Assembly (NCBI GenBank): GCA_016746295.1
Contig: JAEAOA010000822.1
Coordinates: 886,104-950,103 of the forward strand
Direction of reading: 5' to 3'
DNA: 64,000 nucleotides
Source of the DNA: Potamilus streckersoni
Lineage: Eukaryota
Shown piece by piece: positions 23,691 to 38,900 of this stretch. Position numbers and translations under genes: made by a program. The notes under the pieces were generated by a model. The model made no database searches, was not told the origin of the DNA, and saw only the letters and a program-made list of their open reading frames with translations. Each line of letters opens with the position of its first letter. The stretch's first letter is position 1.

Positions 23691-25329
23691 AATTGAGGAA
23701 CTCTTACAAGCAGTAATGTTATGAGAAGAGAATTTAATAATATGAAGTAAACAAATTACTTTATAATTAGATTTCATGAGCCAATATTTATAACAGGAGG
23801 CCAAAGTGAGCCTGATATCACTCAAGTTTACACTACACATAAATCTGTTTGAGAATGCAAATTCACACATATACTGAAACTAACTGAATCTGTACAGAAG
23901 GAACATTTTGAGTACATCATTGCAACACAGTCTATAAATGTTGGCATCATATATCTTCTGTCTTCACTATATATACAAAATCACTTTCTCAGCAGAAAAT
24001 GGACAAGTCGTCTATATAACTAGCTTTGTTCACTGGATCTCTACCTGACCTTGAGGATTGAAAGTTTTTTTTATCTTGAGATCCAGTTTATTGATTGTAA
24101 GTTTCAACATATGGACACTAATTGATTTACAACCTCTTCAAACTTTAAATCCAACAGACCACTACACTTGCATCAGACTCAATGGGACATAAAGCTGGAA
24201 GGGATTTGTAAAATGTAGCACTTTCAACCTGCAATAATAAATATCATTATACAGTACTAAAACATACTGATAAAACACTCAATTCATATTATTTATTATT
24301 GTACTATAAATTTACAGTCAAACCTGTCTATAGCAGCTGACAGATGAGATGAAACTACAGTGTTGATGAAATTTGACCTGGTACTCTCCATTATTCTGGG
24401 AACAATGAACAGATTTCTGCTGCTGTTGCAGCAGCTTGGAGAAAGTTAGATTCATCAAGGATACAGCATGTGTCAGCAATGGTTTTGTTCTCTCTGCTTG
24501 ATGAATCTGACTTTCTCTGGATTACTGCATCAGATGAATTGCTTTGATTCTTGCCAATGAGGATAAAAACTGCCTTGCTTTCAACGCCAACATGTTGATA
24601 CATTTGAGTTTCACTAATATATGCAATTGAAATATGAAACATTTAAACAATGATAAATGTAATATACCTTTATATAAACCTCCCATCAAACAAAATAAGT
24701 TTAATCAGCATACACTGCAAAAGGGTAAAACCACTGCTTGGTTAAGAAACTCATTGCAAAAGACAGATGACTACTGATTACACAAGCATTTATATAGGAA
24801 ATTCACTGGAAGGTGAGTGGGAGGAATTATAATGGCCATTGTTATAATTATCAAACTTTCTGAATCCTAAATGTACATTTACTAAAGCATTGGTTACATT
24901 TGCTATAATTTTGTTCCTGAAAGGGATGACTGCACTGTATAGTTTAATTTAGCTCTGATTATTAGCAATCGCATCCTCTCACCCAATGAGCTGGATTGTT
25001 TGCCCAATAACTGTTTACTTTCTTGTTGCATAATCATTTTGGGTAATCTCTGTCCACTTAACACTGCGTTACATCCATGTCCATATAGGGATACCCAAAC
25101 ATAGACACCACCATAAGCCAAATCCTGGCAAAATAATCAGAACACAGGTTGGGTGATCTGAAGCCCCTGATTAAGGAGTCAGGTCACCACCACATAGCTG
25201 CTGGACATGAGGACTGTTTTGCCTTAAAGCCAATCCTTCCAAAACTGAGAGGCATTCATGACAGATGTGTTGTGTTGTGATTATGATTTTTTAATGTAGC
25301 TTTAACAATTTATGTATACTTATATATAC

Positions 25330-25900
25330 AGTATACTTCTTCCATTATGTGACTGGAAGTCCACAGTACAGGATGCTTTCTCCATGACATGACTGGAAAG
25401 TTCGCAGTAATGTATGTTTTTTCTATGATGTGACTGGAAAGTTCACAGTACAGTATACTTTTTCCATTATGTGACTAAAGTCCACAGTACAGTATACTTT
25501 TCTCATGATGTGGCTGGAAGTTCACAGCACAGTATGCATTCTCCATGATGTTACTGGGAGGTACACAGTACATGCTTTCTCCATGATGTGACTTGGAAGT
25601 ACACAGTACTATATACTTTCTATGATGTGACTGGAAAGTACACAGTACTGTATGCTTTCTCCATGATGTGACTGGGAAGCACATAGTACTGTATGCTTTT
25701 CTATGATGTGAGTGGGAAGTACACAGTACTGTATGCTTTTCTATGATGTGACTGGGAAGTGCACAGTACTCTATGCTTTTCTATGATGCGACTGTAAAGT
25801 ACACAGTACTGTATGCTTTTCTATGATGTGACTGCAAAGTACACAGTACTGTATGCTTTTCTATGATGTGACTGGGGAGTACATGGTTCATTATACTTTT
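25330..25900. repeat. Tandem satellite of about 40-bp units, about 14 copies (tatgatgtgactgggaagtacacagtactgtatgcttttc)
   Basis: Visible periodicity. ORFs 25475..25684(-) and 25781..25999(-) are periodic artefacts. Confidence 0.9.
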
Positions 25901-26829
25901 TGCACAATGTACAAGCAGAAAATTTTTCTGTGAAAGACTTGGGATGATGCAACTAGGTAGTGTACAGTACAGCATGTTTTTTCCAGACTGTATAAACAAT
26001 CATTTTTCAGCAAGACTTGGGATGATGTGTGGGTCAACAATCCAGTATATTTTGTTCAGACTGTTGAGTAAGCGAATCTTATATTCTATAAGACTGTGGA
26101 TATTATGGGATTGTCAAGTTTAATATTCTGTGAGGAAAATGAATCTGAGCAGATAATGAAATGAGTTTTTTCATAGGGTTCAATACAGTACAGTGATCAA
26201 AGTAAGTGTGTTACTTTTGTAGTAATGATGAATGCTGTACCCAGTAGGAGATGTGTTGCAACATTATATTTCAAACCATCTGTATGCAGGAAATTATGGC
26301 CACAAGGTTTCAAATCATCACCAGAAGCTGAGGTGAATTCCTTCTGGTAAACTGGATTTTCTAGGAAAGGCAATGAGTGGTTCACGGCATCACATAGTCT
26401 TACCCCATTCTTTCTCTTCAATCTTTCTAGCTGTACCTCATTCCTTGCTCATGCCTTGCTGTCTCACACACTCACACACTTTCCAGCTGTACCTCATTCC
26501 TTGCTGACACACACTGCTGCCATATTTACTTTCGCTTCACTGATGTTAGATTACTACACTAGCAGATGCTCTACTTGCTGTGCTTACTGCTACTACCCTA
26601 GAAACTATCCCTGCTGTATAAATAGTTTCCTACCTCAACATGGTTTGGGACAAAATCATTTGATTTCACATGTACAAAGGCATTCTAACAGAAGAGTTGT
26701 CATTTTTAAAATGACAAAAGCAAAACAAGGTAAAATAATCCTGGTACAAATCAAGATAATTGCTGAGAGCTGTGACTTTATACTACTGCACAAGAAAACC
26801 TGGGAGTAGCAAATCTGATTAACTGCTAA

Positions 26830-26990
26830 CTCCTCTACCCCTAAGACATAAAGGGGTCTTTTCCAAAGCCAACTATAATGACACAGCATATAGCAGATGC
26901 TGACATCCTAATGACCTAAATGGGTGTGTTCCAAAGTCAGTATCCAACTATAATGACATAGCATATAGCAGATGGCAACATCCTAATGAC
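26830..26990. repeat. Tandem duplication, two copies of a roughly 75-bp unit (ccaactataatgacacagcatatagcagatgctgacatcctaatgacctaa)
   Basis: Direct visual repeat. Confidence 0.8.
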
Positions 26991-28292
26991 CTAACTACAA
27001 TAATATAGCTTACAGCAAACCACTGTTTCCTGTCATTAAAATTGGGATGCAAACATCTTGCTGTAACTTTCTTTCTCTGCCAATTCCATTTTTCCAAAGT
27101 TAAAGATTTCTTATCTGATTATGTTGTTTAGTTAAGTCTTTCTGAGATCAAATTGTCTAAGCAATGATCTTAAAACCCTTGCCCTTTTTGTTCAGTTGAA
27201 TTTCATTTGTTCTTCTAAAGTGATAATTGTTTCTCTTCCTTGTCGACAATAACTGGTATGTTTCACAACAATTTTGCCAAACTAATTTGTACAAAAATTC
27301 TAACAACTATCTTTATTAGAACGTGTTTTGTTAATGAATTTAATGAAATTCTTTTGAGTTTTTAGTTTTTGACAAAGTGTCAGTTTTAAGTTTCTTTAAG
27401 TAATAGGGGCCCTTTCGGGTGGATTAGCATAATCAGAAAGACCTTTATGTCAGTATGCATTAAATGAATGCAAATTCTGTTGAAGGGATTTTAATCATAA
27501 GTCATTTGAAGCCTTTTTATACATTTAGAAATGCTGGCCATATTTTAGCATGGATCAGCATCATCTGAACAAATATGAACACTTTCCTGCCAGGATGATT
27601 TCTTACATTTTTTGTCACATACTGGTTACTGGGTTTTTTTTATAAAGTTAGCAGGCTGTATTCAGGGGATAGCAAGACAATTATCCACATGTAACATATT
27701 CAGGTAATTATGATTGGAGAAATGTGACACAAATTAGCTGAGAGATTGAGATTCTGCATTTATTGACTGCTTCAGCCAAGAGCCAGCTGGGAGACAAATT
27801 CTCCAGAAAACATGTGGGAAAGATTTAAAACAAACTGTCTTTTTAACTACCCTCATTAAAAGGCTTTGCTATCAATTGGTGACACAGTAAAACCTGTCCT
27901 GAAAGACCTTAGTCAAGAGAGACCATCTGTCTTGAGAGAACCGATTCTCAATGTGCAAACTTATTTCCTATGTATTGTTAAGATCTGATTTTAGAGACCA
28001 CTTATTTTGGAAGACCTCATTTTCTGCAGATGGTATTGTCTTATTCAGATGTAGCAGCATTTCTGTATTAGGCAATTATGCTATATCTCAGTCATAAGTA
28101 GGAATGTCATTGCCTGGGATATTTGTTAGATTTAATCTAACTGGATATTGGTTGATGCAAGGTTAGTATGGTTATGATACACTGCATCATTAAATAACCG
28201 GTGAAAGTCCAAAGAAATTATAAATGTTATAAAGTACTAGATAGTGGACAAAAATGTGACACTAAAAATGTATGACTTTTAAGAAGATACAG

Positions 28293-28514
28293 TCAACTTA
28301 TATCCCAGGAGCAATTTGAAATACTAATTACCAAACTGTTAGTCATCTGATAAAAATCCTTTATTTCTTCTTCTCCTCCTTCATTAAAACCACTTTCAAA
28401 GTTAAATTCAGCATTTGCAAAAGACTCGTTCGTTTCCAAACTATCAAATCCTCCTCCTCCTCCTCCAACACCACCTTCCGATTCACCATATGCATCAAGG
28501 AATTCTTCACTCTC
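28293..28514 (-). CDS. Candidate exon / coding-like segment A: ESEEFLDAYGESEGGVGGGGGGFDSLETNESFANAEFNFESGFNEGGEEEIKDFYQMTN..
   Basis: Minus-strand acceptor-like site (ATT)n..tttatctcaatttaag|GAGAGTG at 28515/28514. Open frame to the stop at 28293. Motif-level paralogy with 33897-34163 and 21578-21664. Confidence 0.3.
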   Translation of the reverse strand, partial: ESEEFLDAYGESEGGVGGGGGGFDSLETNESFANAEFNFESGFNEGGEEEIKDFYQMTNSLVISISNCSWDIS

Positions 28515-28529
28515 CTTAAATTGAGATAA

Positions 28530-28795
<266 letters not shown>

Positions 28796-30339
28796 TTTGT
28801 TAGTGAGCATGAGCTCACATAATGCTAGATAATTCTCTTAGTGAGTATCATGGATTTTGTGTTTGCTATGATCATGGTAAATAAACTTAATTATGCTAAT
28901 TATGCAAGCTTACAGAAAAAAAAGGGTGTCATCTCTTTATTAGTAATTATACTGGATCTCAATGTCTCAACACAGTATTTGCTTCAAATAACAATCCACA
29001 CCAACAGAGTGAGAAACAGGTGTGCCACCCATGTGAAAGCAACTTTTTTAAAATGGATCTAAATGCCTCAATACAATATTGCCAGTTGTAATAATTTTAA
29101 CTGTAAGATATTTTCAATTTTATAAATGTACAATATAATTTAAGTGCCCCATTTTTATAATGATCTTCATGGCAGCCAGAATGATAAACATTATAGTAAG
29201 GTTACATTATAATAAGGGATATGCTCCTATAAGTGTTATATTAATGCATAAAACACAACAAATTAGGCAAAATAAGAACATAAAAGTGCATTAAATCCAC
29301 TTTATGACACAATGAAAACAAAATTATGTTTTTAAAAAATAGCTAATTTATTGAAATCAATTACTCAATCTGTATTACATGTAAAGTGTTATACATTGGA
29401 AATTGTAAAGTGAGAGAGCCGATTTATTTTTTTTCACAACAAAAATAACTTTTAAAATAACTATGATTTTATTAAGCTGTTATTAGCATACATAAGGATG
29501 GCTTGATTACAGTGTATATCACATTGAATTTGTGCAAGTTGACATTATATTTAGTTATACAATATAATTTTAAAATTGGAACAAAGTGCCTACACTGCGG
29601 CAGATAACTCTACTCATGGATTATGTGTTAAATGCTTTATAATCTTAGCTACTATGATGGTTCCCTTAGTGAAAAACAATTAATAAATGAATTTGCCCAA
29701 AACTCCATCAACATTTCCAAAGACCAATACACCTAGGTAAGTCACTGCATGAAATACAGATCAGTGACCTACTTTGTGCATGATGATGTTTCATCCAGGT
29801 ACAAATTCAGATCCGGCTACATTACAATGTAACCAACAAAAGACCTGAAACTGACATAAACTGAAGTAGGTCACAGCATCCTGTCTTTAGTTGAAAATGT
29901 TTGTAGCACAAAGTCAAGCTGACATATAAGTTTCCTCAATGCCAAACTTAAAAGTTACTACAGCAGGAAACTTTATGTTATGTCCAATCTCTGTATTTTG
30001 GGATTATACAATTTCATAACATTTTTCTCCTAGTTATTTCATTTCAAGTACATTTCTTTTTATCAGTTCCTATGAGAGTTTCGATGAACGGTACTTTTTT
30101 TGCCTTGTATATTCTGCCTTCCCACTAAGGTTGTTAGCTTAAAATGTAATTCCATGGGAAATGAGAACGAGATCTGACTGAAACACTGGTTTTTGATCCA
30201 TCAGAAGTAGGAGAGAGATATTTGCAGCTGACATATTATTTTTCTCTGAATTTGTATTCTGAAAAGAAATCAGTGAATGTTCAGGATTCCAAAGTGCTTG
30301 CTAAATGATGTATTTTACTTCTCATGCATAGGGAAAGAG

Positions 30340-30480
30340 CATACACTCCCATCATTCATGAAAGTTTTCAACTTATTCCCCCATCATTTATAAAAACAAT
30401 CAATTTATTCCCCCAGCAATCATTAAATCTATCAACCTATTCTACAATCAATAATAAAATTTATCAACCTATTACACAAA
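30340..30480. repeat. Degenerate tandem, about 4 copies of a roughly 33-bp unit (caatttattcccccagcaatcattaaatctatcaacctattc)
   Basis: Visual. Confidence 0.6.
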
Positions 30481-32696
30481 GCACATGCTGCCATCGACTT
30501 ATCCCCACTGACTTCTCAAACCAATAGCATCTGGAATCTGTGAAACATTTGCAATTTGGCATGCATTTCTCCATTCTTAAAGCTGGCGAAGTCGATGTTC
30601 AACATGCTTTTACTGCATTTGCTTTGACTGTTCTACTAATTGAGACACTTAAAGTGTACTGGAGAAGTTCAAATTATAAATTTATCACAGTCTACCATTA
30701 AGAAAAGGATATTATCAAAGGCACTTCAAATGAATTTAATGCATGATAAAATAAAGGATTAGAATCATTGCTGATGCTTAAATTTTCTCCAAAAACAAAA
30801 AAAAAGATAAAAGTCTGCTTCCAACAACATCAAACCCTTCCCCCTACAATAAAAAGGGCTATATTCCAAAATCATTGTCCAAAAACAATAACATAACCCT
30901 CTTTAACATACAATGTCAGCCGGCCCATGTACATCTGATTATCATTAAGCTCACATCTGCATTACTGCTCTTGTAGTGTATCATCAAAAAGCTTTTTAAC
31001 TGAGTTCACATCAACCATCTTCTGTCAAAAATAGTGGAATACAGTTCACAAGCATGAATTTAAAGTCTCAACATAAAATAAGTTACCCATGATAAAGAAG
31101 TCACTCTCCCAACCACAATATTTTTCAAACTGTATTTCATTCGTGTTTTTGTTTTGTTTTAACAATTTACAAAAAGAATTATAATGCATTTTAAATTGTG
31201 TCAATGAATATTTCTATGCTATAATTGTTTTCTGTTGCTTCCACTTACTGACTTAAATCAATTTGTTGTGTCATATGACTCGTGTGAACAGGTGTCAAAA
31301 AATCTAAATCCTCATAAAAGTATGTCACATTTTATCCATGCATTCTTAATCCAAATGAACAAAATGGCCATAGAATACAATATCTATTGCATGAAGCACA
31401 ATTATTAATGAAATACCATAAATATACACTAATTATTGCAAAGTATTGAAACTCGCTCTTAACTGACGTTTGGACAAAACTCCTGAGTGAACATTGTGTC
31501 ATAGTCTGCTGGTACATCCTAATGTTTCTATGGTAACAATGCTAAAATTGTTGAATTAAGCATTCTCAAAGCCTTGGATAATTATGTTCTATCTTTCACA
31601 AATTTCAGCAGACCTGTGCACCACTTCAAAATGTTTTTCAGTATTTTCAGGGACACTGTTAAGCTTATCATGTAATCTTTCAGTATTTTTGACAAGTGCA
31701 CACATATTTGTAACTCACAAAGTTACCAACATATCTTTATTCAATATTGTAACCAAATTATCAAAGCAATGAATGATAGAGACTTCAAAACTGATGCCAA
31801 ATATTTCATATTTACAACATTTGAAGGAAATAACAGTTGAAAATAATTTATTGAGCTTAGATAGTGAAAATTGTCAAGTTCTGTGCTACATGTGTCATAC
31901 AGTCAGATCAGGGACATGATATATTCAACTTTTCATACATCATCAGTTCATCACAGCATGAGTTAAAGTTAAGAGCTTGGAGTGTTCACCACAGTTAGTC
32001 AATTGTTTCATAATCAAAAAGAACAATTAAATTTGAACCTTGTTTCTAGCCTTGTCAATTTCTTTAAGCTTCTATGATTTAATGTAGTGAGAGATAACAT
32101 TCCCACCATCACTCCAAATTGAAATCTCACACCATTTCCACCAGGTCTTTCAGTATGATGTGATAAACTGCTGTACTCGTCTCATGTCTTTGGCTTAAGT
32201 CGATTCTTCAGCCAATCTCTTGATCATATATATATTTCAAATTCATTTTCTGAACTTGGCTCAGCCATGAAGCCATTGTTTACACTACAAAAGGAACACA
32301 AAGAAATCCAACACATGTACAGTGCAGAGCGTGTTGTAGATAACCCTTGTATTTAATACAGAGCTAATAATGTGAACTGCTTTTGCATTTTTTTCTTACT
32401 TGTTTAGCCTATTATCATACCAATTCAAACATTTTGTATATTTTATTCATGCAAAATTGGATTTACAAAATACTGAAAAAAAACAGAAGGTGCATAAGCC
32501 TGTGTCAGCCACAATCTAGGACTGGTTTGATTCATGAAGTTTTAAGTATGGTGGTTGAGGATGGTTTGTATATGAGGCAGGCTTAAACAGATGGGTCATT
32601 GCATTGTTTTTTAATTTAGTCATCATTTTTATACTTTAATGGGCTCTGAACAAACACATCTATGTATTGACACTGCTTGCTACCTTCATTAAGAAT

Positions 32697-33152
32697 AGGC
32701 AGTTCGTCATATGTTTCATTTACATGTGGAATAATGATATTATCCAAACCAATTGAATCTATTAATTTACACCAGTCATCTGAAATTACCTGCTCATGAA
32801 TTTCTATGGACATCATTTTAAGGAAGAGATCATATACATTTACTAACAACTGAGTAGCTTAGTGTTGCTGACTGTGTCAGCTCTCTATAATGAATTCATC
32901 GAATATTGACAATGCTAGATAATAGCCTTGAGCAATGGATGGATAGTCATGTGTTTGATTTACATCTTCAATGATGACATTAACATAAATGATTGAATTC
33001 TAATTTGAATTTGACTTCTCTTGAATCACAATATTAACACCATGGTCATCTGTAAATAATTAACAGTGCAACTTCATGTACAGTTATGAGGAAAAAGATC
33101 ATACACATGTACTTCAATAACCGATTAGTTTAATGTTGTTCGCTGCATGTTG
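32697..33152. repeat. Tandem duplication of a roughly 215-bp unit, 2 copies, about 70% identical
   Basis: 32697-32880 aligns with 32938-33152 (..gtcat.tgtttcatttacat...atcatctg.aat.a...aagatcatacacat.tact.caataac.gagtag.ttagtgttg..gctg). ORF 32616..32849(-) lies within copy 1. Confidence 0.7.
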
Positions 33153-33896
33153 ATTTTGTTAATAAGTGACTGACCTTAGCAAATGTTTGATTTTGTATTT
33201 TTACAGGTAACTTTTTTTTTAGTCACTTAAATGACTACAGTTTATTGTCAGCAGTTTTGATCTTTTGTACTCTTTGTGTATTTGTAGAGGTTAATCCACA
33301 AAATTAAATACCTACAAATATGCAAACTTTGACATGCAAAATCATGAATTTAAGTACTAAAGAAAATGTTTTTACTGTCAGACAGATATTTAGACAGATA
33401 CACCTGGAAATATACTGGAGATAACTGTCTGAGGTAAGATGATGGGGGTGGGGTAATACTATGCTATTCTTACTTGACTGAATGTCTGACAACAATTATG
33501 CCCAGGTCATGAGAAGCATGAAACAGGAAAAGCACAGGTTTAAAATAAAGACTGTGCATTTTGTGACTCTTTCAGCACCAAGTTAACTCTGGGACATCTT
33601 CTCTGGGCAACAAACAGATAATGGGGGTGTATGGATGTTTTTTATTTGACAAATTGTTTGATAAGCTGTGTTTCACTGCCATCATTACAAGGTATTGCTA
33701 TGAACAGATAACAGTGACAGTTCATACTAATACTGCAGTGAACATGTGATGGAATATGGATATAGAAAGACTGAATCCTACTGGACATTTTATGACTTAA
33801 TCTGATTGGACATTTTATGATTGAATCTGATTGGCCAATGTTGCTATTGCACAGCAAAATAAATGTTATGTACAAATGATATTTGCATCTGTTTCA

Positions 33897-34163
33897 CTAT
33901 GAAAAGTTAGTTTTTATGACAAATCTGGGGTCAGAAAATATTTGAAATGTCATAAGCTTCTGAATAGTGAAAAAAGAAACACATAAAAATTTACAGTATA
34001 AATTGTCCCTTTGATCACAACAAAGGGATATTAAACAATAATTAACAAACTCAACCAAATTCATCCTCATTGCAGCCGATGGGAAAGACATCCCTCCTCC
34101 ACCACCTCCCCATTCAGCTTCACCAACATCATTATAGACATCATCATATCCAGAAAAAGTATT
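33897..34163 (-). CDS. Candidate exon / coding-like segment B: NTFSGYDDVYNDVGEAEWGGGGGGMSFPSAAMRMNLVEF..
   Basis: Strong minus-strand acceptor ttattattttttcag|AATACTTTTTCTGG. Open frame to the stop at 33897. Motif-level paralogy with segment A and 21578-21664. Confidence 0.3.
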   Translation of the reverse strand, partial: NTFSGYDDVYNDVGEAEWGGGGGGMSFPSAAMRMNLVEFVNYCLISLCCDQRDNLYCKFLCVSFFTIQKLMTFQIFSDPRFVIKTNFS

Positions 34164-34456
34164 CTGAAAAAATAATAATAAATAATAATATTACTAATAA
34201 AAGTAATAAAAACAACAACTAATCATCATCAACAATACTACTGATAATAAACACCATTATAATCATGATATTTAACAGCATTAATAATAATTAAAACAAT
34301 AACTAAAGCTTTTTGTAAGCATAATACATAATACAGGTAATTCTTTTTGTGAGTATAACTGAATAATTTATATTTTGTTGTGACATATATGGAATGCTAT
34401 GGACACAAAAGGACAGAGATAATAATGTCAATGGGTCTCAATTCTTTATCTGCATA

Positions 34457-34786
34457 GTGTGTGTGTGTGTGTGTGTGTGTGTGATCTGATTTTTTAAAGT
34501 ATCTTTAACAACTTTTCAGTCTTGTCGCTATGATGTCTGCAATGTGGCCGATTATAATGATGTATCATGCTGCAAACATGTAGCACAATGTCCCACCCAG
34601 TCACATTATCATGACACCAGGCCAATCAGTCTTAACACTAACCTCTTAATGCTGAGTACCAAGCAAGGCAGCTGTCAGTACCATTTTTATAAGTCTCTGG
34701 TATGACTTAGCTGGGATTTGAACACATGAAATCCCACATCCAAGGCTGACAATCTAACCACTTAGGGTACAAGAGTGGTTTAGATT
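34457..34786 (-). mobile_element. tRNA-derived SINE (family 1), copy B, with (TG)n at 34457-34483 as its 3' (CA)n tail
   Basis: Conserved body catgtcccacccagtcacattatcatgacaccaggccaatcagtcttaacactaacctcttaatgctgag. Degraded tRNA head at the high-coordinate end. Confidence 0.7.
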
Positions 34787-35798
34787 GCATACGCAAATTT
34801 TTTACAATTTTATGGATGCAAAAACTATTTCAAGTGCTGCATTATTTATATGCATTTCATGGTAGCCACATTTCAGAATAAGGTTTCATTATACTAAGGT
34901 ATATGTTCCAAGAAGAAATTATCATGATAGTGCCTAAAACTCAAAACTGTTAATCTAACACTCAGCTGGCCTAAGTGGTTAGAAGAAATGTGACCAGACT
35001 GATGTTATTAGCAAATGTCCAATTTACAACAGGCAATTACATATTTCAAATGCATGCATCAGCATCAACACTAAATCAGTGGTTATTGGGCTTCAGAACT
35101 CCCACCATATTCTCATTCATACGTTATATTTTTCCTCCAACAAGTATCGGATTCTTAAATAAAGGAAGTTGCCCTGATTGTCTCCATATAAGTCTTTTGA
35201 TGAATGTTGAGTAATTTCTACAAGTAGAAAAGCCACCAATCCACATTTGATGGCCTCTCATTTATTTTATTAAGTAATCACAGTCCATACTACAACAGAC
35301 CTGCCAAAACTAACAAGACCTTGTCAGAATGGCTGTTGACTTCTTTTTCCATTAAGTCAGATAATTTTTCAGGAAAAAAGCAACACAATATCATGTAAAG
35401 CTATTTTCAACTTGAAAAACATACATTGATAAAGTTCAAAAGTGTTGAACACTGTAACAGTAACTGTAAACATTATGTTCAACTAAAATGTTTATGAAGA
35501 CCTTAATTACCTTCAGAACGGTTTCACAAAGCTGTATCAAATTTTCTCTATGGAGATTCAAAGCTTCTTGCTATGTTACAACTTGACATAACCCTTGGCT
35601 TTTTTCATGTCCTTTTATGTCCATAGCATTCCATTTATTATCACCATTTGCAGTTAAGACCAAATATATACAGTTAGAAATGTTTATTTAAAAAAACTTT
35701 AATACAACCATCAATTCAAATGTTGTAATATGAGAATTTTCAAGCTTGCTGCTACAGATCAGCACCATTTTTATTCAGGACCAACAAGATATCATAAC

Positions 35799-37654
35799 TA
35801 ATCTTTAACTCTGCCTATTCATAATAAATCTTTAACCCTGCCTATTCATAATTAATCTTTAACCCTGCCTATTCATAATTAATCTTTAACCCTGCCTATT
35901 TATAATTAATCTTTAACCCTGCCTATTCATAATTAATCTTTAATCCTGCCTATTTATAATTAATCTTTTACCCTGCCTATTCATAATTAATCTTTAACCC
36001 TGCCTATTCATAATTAATCTTTAACCCTGCCTATTCATAATTAATCTTTAATCCTGCCTATTCATAATTAATCTTTAACCCTACCTATTCATAATTAATC
36101 TTTAACCCTGCCTATTTATAATTAATATTTAACCCTGCCTATTCATAATTAATCTTTAATCCTGCCTATTCATAATTAATCTTTTACCCTGCCTATTCAT
36201 AATTAATCTTTAACCCTGCCTATTCATAATTAATTTTTAACCCTGCCTATTCATAATTAATCTTTAATCCTGCCTATTCATAATCAATCTTTAACCCTAC
36301 CTATTCATAATTAATCTTTAATCCTGCCTATTCATAATTAATCTTTAATCCTGCCTATTCATAATTAATCTTTAACCCTACCTATTCATAATTAATCTTT
36401 AATCCTGCCTATTCATAATTAATCTTTAATCCTGCCTATTCATAATTAATCTTTAACCCTACCTATTCATTATTAATCTTTAATCCTGCCAATTCATAAT
36501 TAATCTTTAATCCTGCCTATTCATAATTAATATTTAACCCTGCCTATTCATAATTAATCTTTAACCCTGCCTATTCATAATTAATCTTTAATCCTGCCTA
36601 TTCATAATTAATCTTTAACCCTACCTATTCATAATTAATCTTTAATCCTGCCTATTTATAATTAATCTTTTACCCTGCCTATTCATAATTAATATTTAAT
36701 CCTGCCTATTTATAATTAATCTTTTACCCTGCCTATTCATAATTAATCTTTAACCCTGCCTATTCATAATTAATCTTTAATCCTGCCTATTCATAATTAA
36801 TCTTTAATCCTGCCTATTCATAATTAATCTTTAACCCTACCTATTCATTATTAATCTTTAATCCTGCCAATTCATAATTAATCTTTAATCCTGCCTATTC
36901 ATAATTAATCTTTAACCCTGCCTATTCATAATTAATCTTTAACCCTGCCTATTCATAATTAATCTTTAATCCTGCCTATTCATAATTAATCTTTAACCCT
37001 ACCTATTCATAATTAATCTTTAATCCTGCCTATTTATAACTAATCTTTTACCCTGCCTATTCATAATTAATCTTTAAACCTGCCTATTTATAATTAATCT
37101 TTTACCCTGCCTATTCATAATTAATCTTTAACCCTGCCTATTCATAATTAATCTTTAATCCTGCCTATTCATAATTAATCTTTAACCCTGCCTATTCATA
37201 ATTAATCTTTAACCCTGCCTATTCATAATTAATCTTTAACCCTGCCTATTCATAATTAATCTTTAACCCTACCTATTCATAATTAATCTTTAATCCTGCC
37301 TATTCATAATTAATCTTTAATCCTGCCTATTCATAATTAATCTTTAATCCTGCCTATTCATAATTAATCTTTAATCCTGCCTATTCATAATTAATCTTTA
37401 ACCCTACCTATTCATAATTAATCTTTAATCATGCCTATTCATAATTAATCTTTAACCCTACCTATTCATAATTAATCTTTAATCCTGCCTATTCATAATT
37501 AATCTTTAATCCTGCCTATTCATAATTAATCTTTAATCCTGCCTATTCATAATTAATCTTTAACCCTACCTATTCATAATTAATCTTTAATCCTGCCTAT
37601 TCATAATTAATCTTTAATCCTGCCTATTCATAATTAATCTTTAATCCTGCCTAT
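35799..37654. repeat. 27-bp tandem satellite, about 69 copies, about 1.86 kb (cctgcctattcataattaatctttaac; variants aatcctgcc, aaccctacc, tattTataatt)
   Basis: Successive tttaaccctg positions 35831 and 35858 give a 27-bp period. The array is highly homogeneous. Confidence 0.95.
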
Positions 37655-38779
37655 AGGACCATCTGTTCCGGAGAAATGGTTATAACATGATTTTCAAGAA
37701 GGCTAACATGGTGGCAGATTGGATGTCACAGTGGCACTAGTTTTCATTTAGTACAAACGAGACAGTACAATGTAAATCATAATTATTGTGTGGATATATT
37801 ACAATTTAAGTATGCAAGTACAATAATTAAACTTATGAATTTAAATTTAGATAATTTTGTTTAATAGTGTCTCTGCAAAATTTTGCATTATTGTTTTGCT
37901 TTTTACTTTGACACTATACTATTGATGGTACTTGTATTTCTCAAATCCCAATGTAACAGAACATTTTCTACAGTGTCTCCTATCAGAGTTTACCCTGCAA
38001 TACCCAGCTCATTTGTGGAACCATTTGTTGGAAATAAAACTCAATGCTTTACATGTTAAATACTAACACAGTTTTTATGTGTTTTCTAAGTAGTAATGCT
38101 GAATTAGGACACAATCTTCATGCATATATTATGATGCACAAGTAATGTTGCATTCTCCTGTGACAAACAATGACTGTAAAATTTTATTTAATGTAAAATG
38201 TAACCAAACTGACAGAAACATGACATGAGGGTCAAATTGTCTTACCTTTACTAAGATGGTGTTTTATTCTAAATGATACATCTATGTGTAAGTTCCATTA
38301 CTCAGCAAATCAATGATTGAGAAACTGGCATGAACACAAAACTTGACAGAAATCACTCAAGTGTAAAATAACTGTCTCTTGACAAAACCTGAGAAACTAA
38401 CCTAATACAATAACTTAACAAAAGTATTTGGATCAAGAAAATTAAGTTAGTGAATGATAATTTTTTTTTAAATTTTAATTTATGCATATCTTGATAATCT
38501 TGAGTTATTATAGATACATATATTGCTGGTTGTGCAAGGGGGTTTCTCTGATAACGATCTGTATTTAGCAGAGTGGTATTGTACTCACCAAGGCACATAT
38601 ATACAAAAATGCTATAATTCTCTGGGACAAACAATTTATGAAAAACTAGCCTAAACACAAAACGTACCAAAATTGCTGGAGCAAGAAAATTAGATCACCT
38701 TTGAATTGCATGTGTGATAGCCACCAAATATATCTATATAAACATATACACACTGGACATTTCTGGGACTTTACAATTC

Positions 38780-38900
38780 CAGAGAAACTGCAGATTTTAA
38801 CCAAGATGTGACAGATTTTAACCAAGATGTGACCAAATTTAACCAAGATGTGACAGAATTTAAAAAACGTATGACAGATTATAACCAAGATTTGACAGCT
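38780..38900. repeat. 5 copies of a roughly 23-bp unit (ttaaccaagatgtgacagatttt)
   Basis: Visual. ORF 38646..38888(-) has a periodic (H)ILVKICHILVK translation and is an artefact. Confidence 0.85.
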
